A DNA stretch of 63,881 nucleotides, filler included, from Sphaeroforma arctica JP610 (Eukaryota), in NCBI RefSeq assembly GCF_001186125.1. It is 6 parts of 3 records of this genome, joined end to end, with 100 filler letters (N's around TTAATTAATTAA, not from the genome) between each part and the next. Parts side by side here need not be neighbours in the genome. Positions count along the whole stretch, not along the records: positions 1 to 19,719 come from NW_014040536.1; 5 more parts are not named here. The stretch is one strand, 5' to 3'. Positions 1 through 11,251 of the stretch are shown here, piece by piece (the first letter of the stretch is position 1; each line of letters begins with the position of its first letter). The translations under genes and the position numbers were made by a program. Under the pieces are notes generated by a model, which saw nothing but the letters and a program-made list of their open reading frames with translations, had not been told where the DNA came from and ran no database searches.

Positions 1-35
<35 letters not shown>

Positions 36-66
36 TNTACTATATATATATTATATATATATATAT

Positions 67-109
<43 letters not shown>

Positions 110-368
110 ACTTACATATATACGTGTTTTTCATTAGTGTATAGATTATATTTCACCGTAGACTTTAAGTATAGCCTAATATGGAGATGCACATAAATTC
201 GAATACCACTATTTGAATGTATTTTTAAATTCGTTTTTTTGCTGATTTAGATACACGTACATCTCAATATGCATATAAGGTTGTGGGTACACACTTAAAG
301 ATTATGTATACATACATCAAAACGGATCAGCCTCAAGCTCATGTTATACCTATCATACCGGCTTGCAG

Positions 369-3300
369 AAATTGCGCCTCATAAGGTGTCGAATAAAGTC
401 ACGATAGAGATGGCGGGAAACGAACTGAAACAAATGAACCGATTTAAATCACCACGTGCGAAACTTGTCTGCGTTGTAAATTGTTGCAAGATCATATTTC
501 GACTGCTGCAACAGGCAGCGAAGAGTGCTTCGCCAGAGTATGTAGTTGCTTGCAATAAGTTGAGTTCCTTTGTTGCCATTTCTTTTTTTTTCCCAGTCGA
601 TCTCCTTTTTGTTCTTTGACGGTTTACTACCATGTATGTTGAGAGACGTGGGAAATAGATGTAAATCGTGACAGATACGGAAAAATTGACTCTTAAATCA
701 CACCTGAATGCAGCGTATAATTTTCCTACTCGCTCTGTACTTAGATCAGTGGAGCAGCCGGCAAGTGCAGATGATCTGATGCCTATACTCATATACGTGA
801 TATTGGTGACTAACCCTATGAATTTCAAGAGTAATTTAATGTACATCGAGAGGTTCCGCAACCCGAGGATGCTAGTATCAGAGCAGGCATACTATTATAC
901 AACTATGGTATGATGTGAAGCTGATTGGTTTTATGACTATGGTGTCAGTTAAACTTTATAGCATTATTGCTATGATATGCTGGACGAGTCTTATGAAACA
1001 AAAGTGTAAAATTTCACTTACTGCATAATTGTGGTATCCTAAAAGGCTGTCTATTGCCACAAGAGTAGTATGTGTTGGGCTCGCACATTCCATGGAAATC
1101 ACCATTTATGTCGGGTATATGATGATTAAGAGAATACCATCGGGTCGCTTTTTGACCATCGCGGATATCTCACGTTCTAAGCACAGCTCCATCTTCGAAA
1201 TGCAGGTCAGCGCGGTGGAATTCGTATCAAATTTAGATGAGAAGACCTTAAATATCGATCCCGACGACTTTGAAAGGTGAGCATAGCATACAGGCCAATT
1301 TATAGCAATCTATACTGCTCTTGAGGCTGTCTGGGTGCCTTGATTTAGTATAGACATTGTATATAATATTAGTTAACGTTCACAAAGCGCGCTTGTGGTC
1401 ACAAATTGACTGTATGGTTATAAATTGAGTGGCAGATCCCACATATTATCAATATTTATTGATAGTGTGTGACTGTCATGTAACAAATCTTAACTGGTTG
1501 ACTGGAGTGGCTCTTCCTTGGTACCCCAGGTTACTGTCCGACTGTTTAGTATTGCTTTAGAGAGACTTGGCACTATTGGGCGCCATGTACGAGATCACAT
1601 TGTGAGTGGAGATCTAATCATACTTTGCTCCTATCACGAAGTTCAGATCTTCCATTACATCAGTCAAGCACATCGTGCTGCTAGATAGTTCAAATTGTCT
1701 GTACAAATTCAAGCTCCAACATCGATACCTAACGCGTATGCCCCCGTACACTGAAATACAGACAAGTGGACGAGGGTGAAGCGAAATGGAATATGTCGCT
1801 TAGGCCGAGAAATGTATCAAATACGGATGCGAATAATAAGGTGTGCTAAGCTCTCGAATGAGGCTTCTTTTTGGAAATATTGTATATTACAATAGCCGAA
1901 TTTCTGTTGGACACGGGACGCTTTGCGCAAAGCTTAACTGTGATAATATTTGATTGATCTACATCGTGTAGCGCAACCTTGAAGAATCGGTACTATACAT
2001 TGATTATCCACTCATTCTATTTAGTTTCGTGACATAAAGATCGAACATTGATTTTAATTATTGTATTGACACAAAGGATGCAGCGTCGGCCAAGAGCTCG
2101 TCAGGGTCGTGGCGGTTGGGTCGACGGACGCTTCTATCGAGTTTACAGTCCTATGTCTCAGAAGTACCGAACATTCTGAATCGGGGGAGCGGGAGCGGTA
2201 CAACCCGAGTGGACCAACCAGACAGCAAGGAGATCACCACCCCGGAACCCAAAGCAAGTGCGAGTCGATCGAATACATCTCCTTTGCCCGTGAATATAGC
2301 TTCAGAGGCGCAGAACAATGGCGCTACGACGGAGCAGGTGTGTGACAACTCTGGTACCTTTTGCTGTAGGATAGGTCTTTTGATTGGACTGTGAGTTGTA
2401 ATTTATATAATATGACAAACCGGGTTGTAGATATCCCTTCCGCCATGGACATTTGTACCACACGCCATAGGCCCTTCGATACTTATAGGCAGATTTGAGT
2501 CTATAGCCGTGTTAGTCATAAGAATACGGTGTACAAGTTGACTGATGTGGAAGGGAGTGTGCTAGCAGAGTAACCAGGACTTTTCATGCATGGTCAGTAT
2601 CTCGGGTACTTTCTATGCATACTTCTATCGATCCTCTCGTCGACGCTACTGTTTGCGTCATGCGTTGTCTATGAAATCTGTCTGGTTGCTCACTCCTCCC
2701 CAATGTTTTCGCCACCATATCGGCCCCAGGGTCTTGATCGAGACGCGGTGATACAGTACATGAAGAGTTTAGCAACCAATTACAGTGGTACCGATCCTCG
2801 ACTGGTAAGTGTTAGTACACGACCACCACACGTGTCCGTGGGTTGGTGTTTTGATATTCCACTGCGCTGTGGGCATGTTCGTTGATCCTGAGTTTTAGCA
2901 AAATTTGTACTTTCAACTAGTTAAAACCGTATTCTACGTATCGGATTATGTCGCCTAGTATATGTATGTCGTAGTGGGTGTGACTTCTTTACTACCACAT
3001 GTTACTTAGATTATCTTGCTTGTTTGTGCTGTGGTGAGGGTTCCTTCCCACACGATTTTCAGTGCAGTATATCATTGCGTGCTTGGGTATATAGAGTGAA
3101 TATCTGTGCTCTGAAAGCAAGTTGTCCGTGCTCATACCGATCAGGTTTGCTTGTACTCTAATGGGGTGCCTCACCTGTTTAGGCCATGCCAAGGATAAGG
3201 GCTTTGAAACCTTCGGCTTGTACAAAGCTGCAGGCAGTATTTTTTATAATCGTATGACAGTCCAGTCCGCCCCTCTTTAGTGGATAGCTGTTCATTTCTC

Positions 3301-4049
3301 CTGCCAGTGTTCAATTGTGCACATGTTGTTGATTGTATGTTGGTCAATGACCGCGTATGCTTGTGTACACCCACTTCTGTTTGTGCAGTGTGGATTGTTG
3401 CCCTTGAGTGTCTATCTGTGAATATATACTGTTTATTGTGCTGGGTTTATGCGATTCAGTGAGAAATATTCCGTTGCATTCAAGGTGTTATCATTGGAGT
3501 ATGTTTCAGCGGATGATGTTGATGCACTATCGTTAAGCGCCCAGCTGTGTGTGGTAGTAGGTCTTTCATTTCCATTTTCGTGGTTGTGTGGCAAGTTCTT
3601 ACTTTTATTTGCATATACGGATATTCCTGGAGTTTGGTGTTATCGGCCTCTGCTACTGCTGTATAGGGCGAGTTTTTCTCAGTGTGGCATCAGGGGATAT
3701 CAGTCTCTGTGCGCCGTTGAGTAGTCAGAGTAAACTTTCTTGTCGATGACTTGTACAGTATCTTTTGTATATCTGAAGCAGGTACAATGTTGTATAATGA
3801 CACGTCATAGCCGATCAATGATACCCCTAATGCAAGTTATGCTGGCGAATATTAGGCTACAAATATCACGAATAGCCTTTTGCGTATTCTCGTTGCTGGA
3901 TGTTTATGATGATACTTCCCTGAACATTGCAGAGGGTCTTAAATGTCGAGGATCTCGACTTTGAGAACGTACCTCTGCTTCTGCGAGAATATCAACGCAT
4001 GGCGGGACTCATGGACCATATGATGGAACTAATTCACGATATGCCATAA
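369..4049 (+). CDS. VPS9-domain Rab5 guanine-nucleotide exchange factor (Vps9/Rabex-5-like), 5'-partial, multi-exon
   Basis: Exons approx. 369-537, 745-907, 1206-1276, 1762-1840, 2077-2337, 2730-2804, 3933-4049 with GT-AG borders. Translation gives SPRAKLVCVVNCCKII, ASADDLMPILIYV, FKSNLMYIERFR and EQAYYYTTMVSAVEFV (VPS9 core), ending EDLDFENVPLLLREYQRM..DMP-stop. Confidence 0.9.
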
Positions 4050-5099
4050 ATTAGTGCGATCCGGTACAGCAGGCCTCAACATTGGCCATTCGATTCAGTT
4101 TCAGCGAAATGGTTCGAAGCACCAAGCTCAGTACCCGAATCTAAGATGGAAGCTTGACTTATCTGCCCTTGTCTTCAAATTCGATATGATTATTCAGAGT
4201 AGTAGAAGGGAGTAACGACTTTTGAATATGGCTCGGTGCGACATGATGTACGTTTCGTAAACGACATTATGTTCACTCAATTAAAAGTACTGCTTCATGG
4301 CGATATATTTGGCAGGATTTGGGACTGCGGATAGCGTTGAGTGGGAAACATTCGTTTCAAATACGGCCTCAATAAATTTTAGTAACATTCTATATACGGG
4401 ATTGACACATATCTCACTTGGCAGTAGTGTTAGAATTTTGGAAGCAAAAAGCAAGTACTAAGAGGGGTTCCAGGATGATACGACAGTTTGGTTGTTACCG
4501 GCATCGACTGTGTTGGAATACGTATATGACATTCTGTCGTTTAGATTACAGCTACGAAATGAACGCATTAGACAGAACTGTAGATAACTATAACTATACG
4601 CTTATTAGGTGAATGCGGATTTAAAATGTTACATACAAATTCTTGGTCCGTGAATTATTGTCCTTATAAATGCCATAATTCCACTTGCACCAATCAGTAT
4701 TCCGGCGATTATGGCAGATTGACCATGCGCTATGGGACAATAAATTTAAGCACTTAATAAATTCTCAAGTATGCGCTTTCAGATCCCATGTGTTCCCTCA
4801 CCCAGCTATAGCTTTCGCATAAGTTATGCCTCGTTCTATTCAAAGTTCAATTGCAAACTTAATATTCGAAGCTTCTCTATCCTTTATTTTAAACTCGAAT
4901 TTAAATCTCTTCAGTTCAAGTTCGGATCTAGTAACCTCCAATATGCGTAACAAGTTGCATCGAACGTACCACACTACCTGGATCACCCCTCTCTGATGCG
5001 AAATGTATGATATCATTGAGTATTCGAATAAATTCACTTCTCTGCGCTCCTGTAACATTAGCCATATGAAGATTAATATTGTCTAAAGACTCGTAGTGT

Positions 5100-5322
5100 A
5101 TTTATACTTAGCAGTTCTATCATCAGCTAAAATGAGGTGAGTTGTTTATGTTCTCCTTTCGATATCTTTCATTAATGCAAAGCGATCGGATATACATGAA
5201 ATTTCTGAACCAGGATCAATCAACGCAAGGATTTTATTTCCATTGCAATATACAGGAATAATTACACGCTCATCTAAAGAGTCGTTGTATTGTCTGTGTA
5301 ACGATTGTACCTGGTAGTACCT
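5100..5322 (-). pseudogene. retroviral-type aspartic protease of family A copy 1
   Basis: Hand translation: RYYQVQSLHRQYNDSLDERVIIPVYCNGNKILALIDPGSEISCISDRFALMK, then a premature TAA. Confidence 0.8.
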
Positions 5323-6458
5323 TCACTCCAACTTAATGTTGGGCTTTCTGTCACAAGACTTAGTGCGATAGCCATTGGTCTTCTCACACTTGACACACTT
5401 AATAAGAAAGTATGTACAGGTGGATGTATGTCTACCATTACAATAACCGTTAGGGGTTAACTGGTACATGTCATATCCACACTGTGCGTCGACACATTTC
5501 TTAATCTCCTTAAATGGAGGTTCCATGTCCTTCGCTCCTGCGCGTGCCCGTTTATTGGGTCGCGTGGATAAAGTGGAGTCGCGAGCACGTGTATGTTGGG
5601 GTCTCTCGTTTGAGGTCTGCCTGGATACGTACCCGTGATCGGTGAGCTCCCGCGGCTTCTTAACAGCCGCTTTTCCCTTCGATGCTACTCGATGTGCGGG
5701 GAAAAGGGTAGATACAGTATCATAAAACTGTTCCCACGTAAGTCGATATAGATGAAACTTTGTTTCCTGCCCCTTGTCTCGAGCCTCATTCGTGTTTACG
5801 TCGCAACTCGGTGTACAGACTCTCACGGTCGTTATTCCCTATGTTCTTACAGAACACGTGCATAACCAGGAATTCGTACCATCGCTGTGCCGTGTCCTTT
5901 GTTATATCTGGACGTTTCAGGTCAGCATCTAATTTCAGAATATAACTCTGAATGGGCGTGTTCTCAGCTGGTTCATTTAAAATTGAACTCAGTCCAGGGC
6001 TACGCATATCCTTACTTAACAAGGATGTAACCAANNNNNNNNNNNNNNNNNNNNCATTAAGGCAGAGATCCATTGCTGGGGAGCGATATCATCCGTCTCC
6101 AGCATGACCGTAAACGCATTAAGCGTACGAGTTAGCGTGTCGAGGTCATGGTTGTTTATAAACTCGACCTGCTTGCTGTTGGCATCCCAGTTCGACTTAA
6201 GTCGACTGATCTGTCCCTTGTACTTCTGGTTATCCTGTGGTCTTGTCCACCTCGGGCCTGAAGTAACTGATCTATGCGCTTTTGCTTAATCGCAATCATA
6301 TTTGCATAGTATGCTACGTCCTCAGCATGATGCGCAGCATGGGCAAATTCCACTGTATTGGTATAATCGTCGACCGATTTAACCTCGTCAGAGTGGAAAT
6401 CCTCTGCGGGTTGGTGTAAGGCTGTGCGATCGAATCGATTAAACTCGACATCGTTCAC
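5323..6458 (-). pseudogene. gag-like region with C-terminal zinc knuckle, frameshifted
   Basis: ORF pieces 6156-6458, 5786-6073 and 5323-5826. A CX2C knuckle-like motif lies directly before the protease; homologue at 17823-18230. Confidence 0.65.
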
Positions 6459-7129
6459 ACGTCTACGGGGTTACCCCTTGTAAAATCCATGGTAGAGGCC
6501 TTTCGGTGCTCTATTCCACGGATAGCGGTTGGTATTATAACCTTGGGTGATCCATGCGTCGGAATAAAATAGCCAGTCTTAACTGGTTTCCGACGATTAT
6601 CATCCCAATTGGGTACAAGTGGCGGAGTATATCTCCTTACCTCTGGGTTTATGATACCCTCGAGGACGGGTGACTCACGGCCGGGTGTCAGAACAGGCGA
6701 GTAATTAGCCTGAACTTCTGGCAGTAGTCCCTCGTAAGGTATAGCGTCGCTGAGTACATCTGGATCATATGCCTCAGGCGTAGAGCTCGAGTCTTTGGGC
6801 GTAACTGCCTGTCGACGTTCTGTCCACTTCTGTAGGGCTTCAGTAATGCCCGGGGAAACATGCTCGCGTAAGTGCTGTGGATGTTTTCCTGATCTATTTA
6901 ATTGATCTACATGTTCGACAGTCAAGTCTTTCATATGGGTAGCTAACTGATTCTTAAGATCAGCGTTTTCAGTAATTGGCTTACCTATTCGCGTTGGCTT
7001 GTAGTCTCGGACGTAAATTCGGGTTTGCCACTTGAGCTTGCCTTCTCTTCTGATTCCATAATAGGTTCCTTCTGAGATTTGTCCTTGTCCCCTATAATTG
7101 GGGACGCCCTTATAATTGGGGACTTTCAT
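6455..7129 (-). CDS. 224-aa upstream ORF (ORF2) of family A, unknown function (possibly gag N-terminus)
   Basis: Open from ATG 7129. Homologous but broken copy at approx. 18250-18860. Confidence 0.5.
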   Translation of the reverse strand: MKVPNYKGVPNYRGQGQISEGTYYGIRREGKLKWQTRIYVRDYKPTRIGKPITENADLKNQLATHMKDLTVEHVDQLNRSGKHPQHLREHVSPGITEALQKWTERRQAVTPKDSSSTPEAYDPDVLSDAIPYEGLLPEVQANYSPVLTPGRESPVLEGIINPEVRRYTPPLVPNWDDNRRKPVKTGYFIPTHGSPKVIIPTAIRGIEHRKASTMDFTRGNPVDV

Positions 7130-7464
7130 TTCTGAGTTTCGTCAGAAGAATGGGTTGGGGCGTCTTGAGACGTGTCCCTTGTCTCACTTCTTGGCTTCGT
7201 AAATGCGAGCTTTGAAGTTGAGGCAATAGTTGGCCCTCGGGCTCTATCAGTGGGAGTAGTCTTCTTAAGCGGAGTGGCTACATCCTTATCTGAAGCTTTG
7301 CCCTTTTGACTATTATTGTCAGAGGCAAGTACTTCGGCTACAGTTCGATTTAACGCGTCAGCAGCGGCAGCGGTTGCTTCTGCGGCAGCGCTAGCGGCTT
7401 CTCTCTCCATCTTCTTCTTGTCAGCTCTACGCTTCTTAGAAGGAATATTGTCTTTCTTGGTCAT
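7126..7464 (-). CDS. 112-aa basic/low-complexity upstream ORF (ORF1) of family A
   Basis: MTKKDNIPSKKRRADKKK (NLS-like) then an Ala-rich helix. Its TGA overlaps the ORF2 ATG. Confidence 0.45.
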   Translation of the reverse strand: MTKKDNIPSKKRRADKKKMEREAASAAAEATAAAADALNRTVAEVLASDNNSQKGKASDKDVATPLKKTTPTDRARGPTIASTSKLAFTKPRSETRDTSQDAPTHSSDETQK

Positions 7465-7627
7465 AATCTTAATTTATGACTACTAGCTTGTCTCTTAACG
7501 ACTAGCTTGGACAAGAGAAAAACATTGTTGTGGTAGTTAATCTACCCTTACGCTTAAGTAGTCTAAGTAATTAATACCTTTGCTAACTTTAAAATGTGTA
7601 AGATTCGGTCTAATAAAGACGATAGTT

Positions 7628-9585
7628 CCATAGAACGAATGGCATCCTACAAGGCTCAATCACGGCCCCCAGCTCTTTATTATCTACATGGATTCTTTGG
7701 CTGTCACGCTAGCACAATTCCGGCCCAAGCTCCTCCGCTTCTATTTATTTGTCGATGACACCCGGATCCAAGCCCCCCAACCGGTTCCGCTCCAACCCGT
7801 TTTAGACGACATTGATGCGTGGGGACGCAAATCTGGCCTCAATCAGGGTGTCATCAAACCCCGAGTACGATCTACCAACTTGCGACACGCGGCGCCAACC
7901 CTCCGTATAAATAGTGAGCTTATCACGCCAACGCTTGCAGATGCTCCTTGGAACACATGTCACCTACCCCTGAAGTTGGCTCCCACACATGCCAAGCCTA
8001 AACTCTCCAAATTCCTGGGTTTTCCCACTCTCCTACGGAATACCAGGGATAAATCTCGCCAGACATATGGAATCCCTGGTTACAGCATTGTCTCTGGGTA
8101 TCGCCTCCTTCCGCGCTTATGGTTTCCATGGCTTCAGCTGGCGACACCCCCGCAACAGGCTGGTGTTGTTCAAAACATTCATCTTATCCACGGCTATATA
8201 TGGCCTGAATATTGTTGCCTGGGCTCCACCAATATGGAAGGATGCGCTGGACCCCTTGTTTGAGCGCTATAACTCAGCACTCATTCGAGCAGCAGCCATC
8301 ATCACGGGCACCAAATACCCTAGGTTTTCCAAACATCAAACCAACTTACTCCATTTTTGTGGCCTGCTCCCCACGCGAGCATTCGCGGACTACCTCGGGG
8401 GTTGCCTGGGACTGCAACTCGACTCAATGGCCAGCACAAACCCACTCACACCTCTGACGCAACCCGCCTGGGCCCACGACAACCCCTCACTGCGCTTCCC
8501 ATACAGTATTTATGCCAACTTGAAGACTGTATACAAAACTAAGGACGGGCGTACACCAGAACATGTAGCCCTCCGCCGACGATGTGACGACATTAGAAAA
8601 AATTCAACGAAACGCTGGTCCAACAAGGCGGTCGCGGCAATGGCCCGGCGTCAATACTACTACCAATTGGTCGTGAGCAAACCGCCAACCTCAGATCGGG
8701 ACAAAGCCAGACACGACAGCTTCAACCGCTGCTTCGAGCCCACACCAATCCGGTTCTGTGCTATGATTGTAACAAATACGTACATGTTCACATTTCTCGA
8801 CTACCGCACTGACGGCTGTCTCTGCCCTGCCTGCCCCGGTGGCCAAAAATTCATCACCAACCACTTTGCCTGCATCCAGCAACTGATCCAATACATCCTA
8901 GTGGGCCCAAAACTGCCTCTCATTGGCCCTGATTTCCTCCAGCAACTACAGAAGCGCCACGACTTCCATGGTATCTGGACCCTCCACGAACACCTTGAAT
9001 CTTTTCTCCGGCATGTAGAACAACCCCTGTACCCACACCTGTCTCTGACATATCAACAGATGTTTCCTATACCCCGACTAATCACGCTGTTGAAGTACTA
9101 CTTCCAAATTTCGGTCCAAACCAATTCATCGCGCCTGTTGGTTCCGCCTATGATACTTCCAATACAGGCAAACCAACACATACCGAGTGCATCCGTGGTC
9201 TGGTGCGGTATCGGATCACCCCCAACCTCGCTCCTTAACCGAATTATGACGGATAACCTGGTCCTACTTGGCATTTCGTACTCTGCACTAGCCCATTCCA
9301 CAGCACTACACGATAAAGACCCGGTCCGAACCATAGAGGTGGGTACGCTATTTAGTAAGTCAGAAAGCGATACGTGACACAATCGATGGTGTCAGTTTTT
9401 TTGTCAGCACCGGCCTGAATTGACCCTGCGCGTATCCTCCATTGTCGACTCACTTGGTCCAAGCTTCAACAGGGAATTTACTGACCACTTCTTCCCATTG
9501 ATCTTCCCCGAACCACTACAACGGATATGAGAGCCATACCATATGTACAAACATTGTAACTTAACTCCTTTGAAATAAATAATAT
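7628..9585 (+). mobile_element. 5'-truncated non-LTR retrotransposon (LINE) with frameshifted RT-thumb-zinc-knuckle ORF
   Basis: RTNGILQGSITAP/QLFIIYMDSL..LFVDD (RT domains 4-5), KFLGFP (domain 7), LFKTFILSTAIYGL (thumb), CPAC..NHFAC knuckle. Stop at 9377 and AATAAATAAT near 9573-9583. Absent from the equivalent site (approx. 18990) of family A copy 2. Confidence 0.85.
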
Positions 9586-10036
9586 TATCCCTAATGCCTT
9601 AGAATAAATAAACGCGTAGGTAAATTCTAAGTATCGTGTAAATATCGATATAAATAAACGAAATGAGACGTTTAATAAAGTTAGGTTTGCCTCGTGAAAA
9701 CAGCAATACTCTGAGGGATTGTGAGGCTGAGACATTGCCTATATATATGCCTCTCAGTATTTTTTCCGCCGAAGGGATTTTATTTAGTGTTTCGTTGTCG
9801 CTCTATTCTGGGGCGAATCCGAGAGACTCATAAAATCCTATCTTTAGAAGAAAAGAAAAAAATTTAAAAATACTCTTGACGTCCTTAGTTATTGTCTTAA
9901 CCAATAACTTGCCACTATCAAGAATTACCGACTTAGCCTTCATCATACTGGCACATCTGGTTGGCTGATCTAGGATCAACTAGGTAACGTTAATAGTCCC
10001 TAGAAACCTATATTCGGTTGAGCCATCTCGCTACCG

Positions 10037-10393
10037 AAGTATTCAGATATAAATAAAATTGGAAAGTAAATAAAGTTCTTATTAATAGAACTATACCCAC
10101 TCTTTATGTTTGGTATTTTACTGAGGCCTTTTAATGGCCTCATCCAAATATCTGATATATAAAATGGAAAAGGTATTAATAAATAAAACCATTAAACCCC
10201 ATTTTAGGAAACTTAAGTTCCTCGTGCCATAAAGAGTACATTTAGGAAACTTAAGTTCCTCGTACTATTAAGAGTACTTTTAGGAAACTTAAGTTCCTCG
10301 TACTATTAAGAATACATTTAGGAAACTCAAGTTCCTCGTACTATTAAGAGTACGTTTATAATTTACGTACTGCATAAGAGTACGTTTATAACA
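10037..10393 (-). repeat. putative 5' LTR of family A, followed by PBS-like GGTAGCGAGATGG (10035-10023)
   Basis: On minus: TGT start, tandem repeats (U3-like), TATATA, hairpin, T-rich tract, then a sequence resembling a tRNA-iMet PBS. The 3' end lacks a clean CA, so the inner boundary is uncertain. Confidence 0.5.
10203..10354. repeat. 4 x 38-bp tandem repeat TTTAGGAAACTTAAGTTCCTCGTACTATTAAGAGTACA
   Basis: Units start at 10203, 10241, 10279 and 10317. Confidence 0.95.
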
Positions 10394-11251
10394 TAGAGTC
10401 TAATGTGGAGGCCCGGCCTATTACATTTGATCGAGTGGCGGAAGGAGCTAACTGTTTCCCTTCACGAAGCTGATCTTAGCGAATGTGTCACCTGTATAGG
10501 TAAGTAGTTTTAGTATTATTAGTGTGTGTGTGTGGATACAGATATATATACATACATATANNNNNNNNNNNNNNNNNNNNNNNNNNNNNNNNNNNNNNNN
10601 NNNNNNNNNNNNNNNNNNNNNNNNNNNNNNNNNNNNNNNNNNNNNNNNNNNNNNNNNNNNNNNNNNNNNNNNNNNNNNNNNNNNNNNNNNNNNNNNNNNN
10701 NNNNNNNNNNNNNNNNNNNNNNNNNNNNNNNNNNNNNNNNNNNNNNNNNNNNNNNNNNNNNNNNNNNNNNNNNNNNNNNNNNNNNNNNNNNNNNNNNNNN
10801 NNNNNNNNNNNNNNNNNNNNNNNNNNNNNNNNNNNNNNNNNNNNNNNNNNNNNNNNNNNNNNNNNNNNNNNNNNNNNNNNNNNNNNNNNNNNNNNNNNNN
10901 NNNNNNNNNNNNNNNNNNNNNNNNNNNNNNNNNNNNNNNNNNNNNNNNNNNNNNNNNNNNNNNNNNNNNNNNNNNNNNNNNNNNNNNNNNNNNNNNNNNN
11001 NNNNNNNNNNNNNNNNNNNNNNNNNNNNNNNNNNNNNNNNNNNNNNNNNNNNNNNNNNNNNNNNNNNNNNNNNNNNNNNNNNNNNNNNNNNNNNNNNNNN
11101 NNNNNAGTTATATATACATATACATTCATACATACATACATTGCGCATATATACATACATACATTGCGCATATATATATATATATATATATATTAGATAT
11201 ACACAAGCACACGCACACACAAAACGTACACGTATACACACACGTTATTAC

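Larger units (their letters stand above)
5100..10393 (-). mobile_element. Ty3/gypsy-like LTR retrotransposon family A, copy 1 (5' LTR, leader, upstream ORFs, gag, protease; 3'-truncated; interrupted by a LINE)
   Basis: High similarity to 17620-19565. Contains a Cys/His knuckle (CVKCEKTNGYRTKSC) followed by the retropepsin motif ILALIDPGSEISCIS. TGTTATA terminus at 10393. Confidence 0.8.

Noticed and set aside
9610..9735. Resemblance to dicistrovirus IGR-IRES words (CAGCCTCACAAT, AAACCTAA, GAATTTACCT on minus)
   Set aside because: The comparison is from memory, the PKI stem-loop could not be built, and only a few codons follow TTTACCT. An Infernal search with the cripavirus IRES model would settle it.
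10415..10500. U2/U6 snRNA-like words on minus (GCTAAGATCA, TTCGTGAAG, GATCAAATGTAATA)
   Set aside because: Short, out of order, with no Sm site or snRNA fold; better explained as a plus-strand exon fragment.
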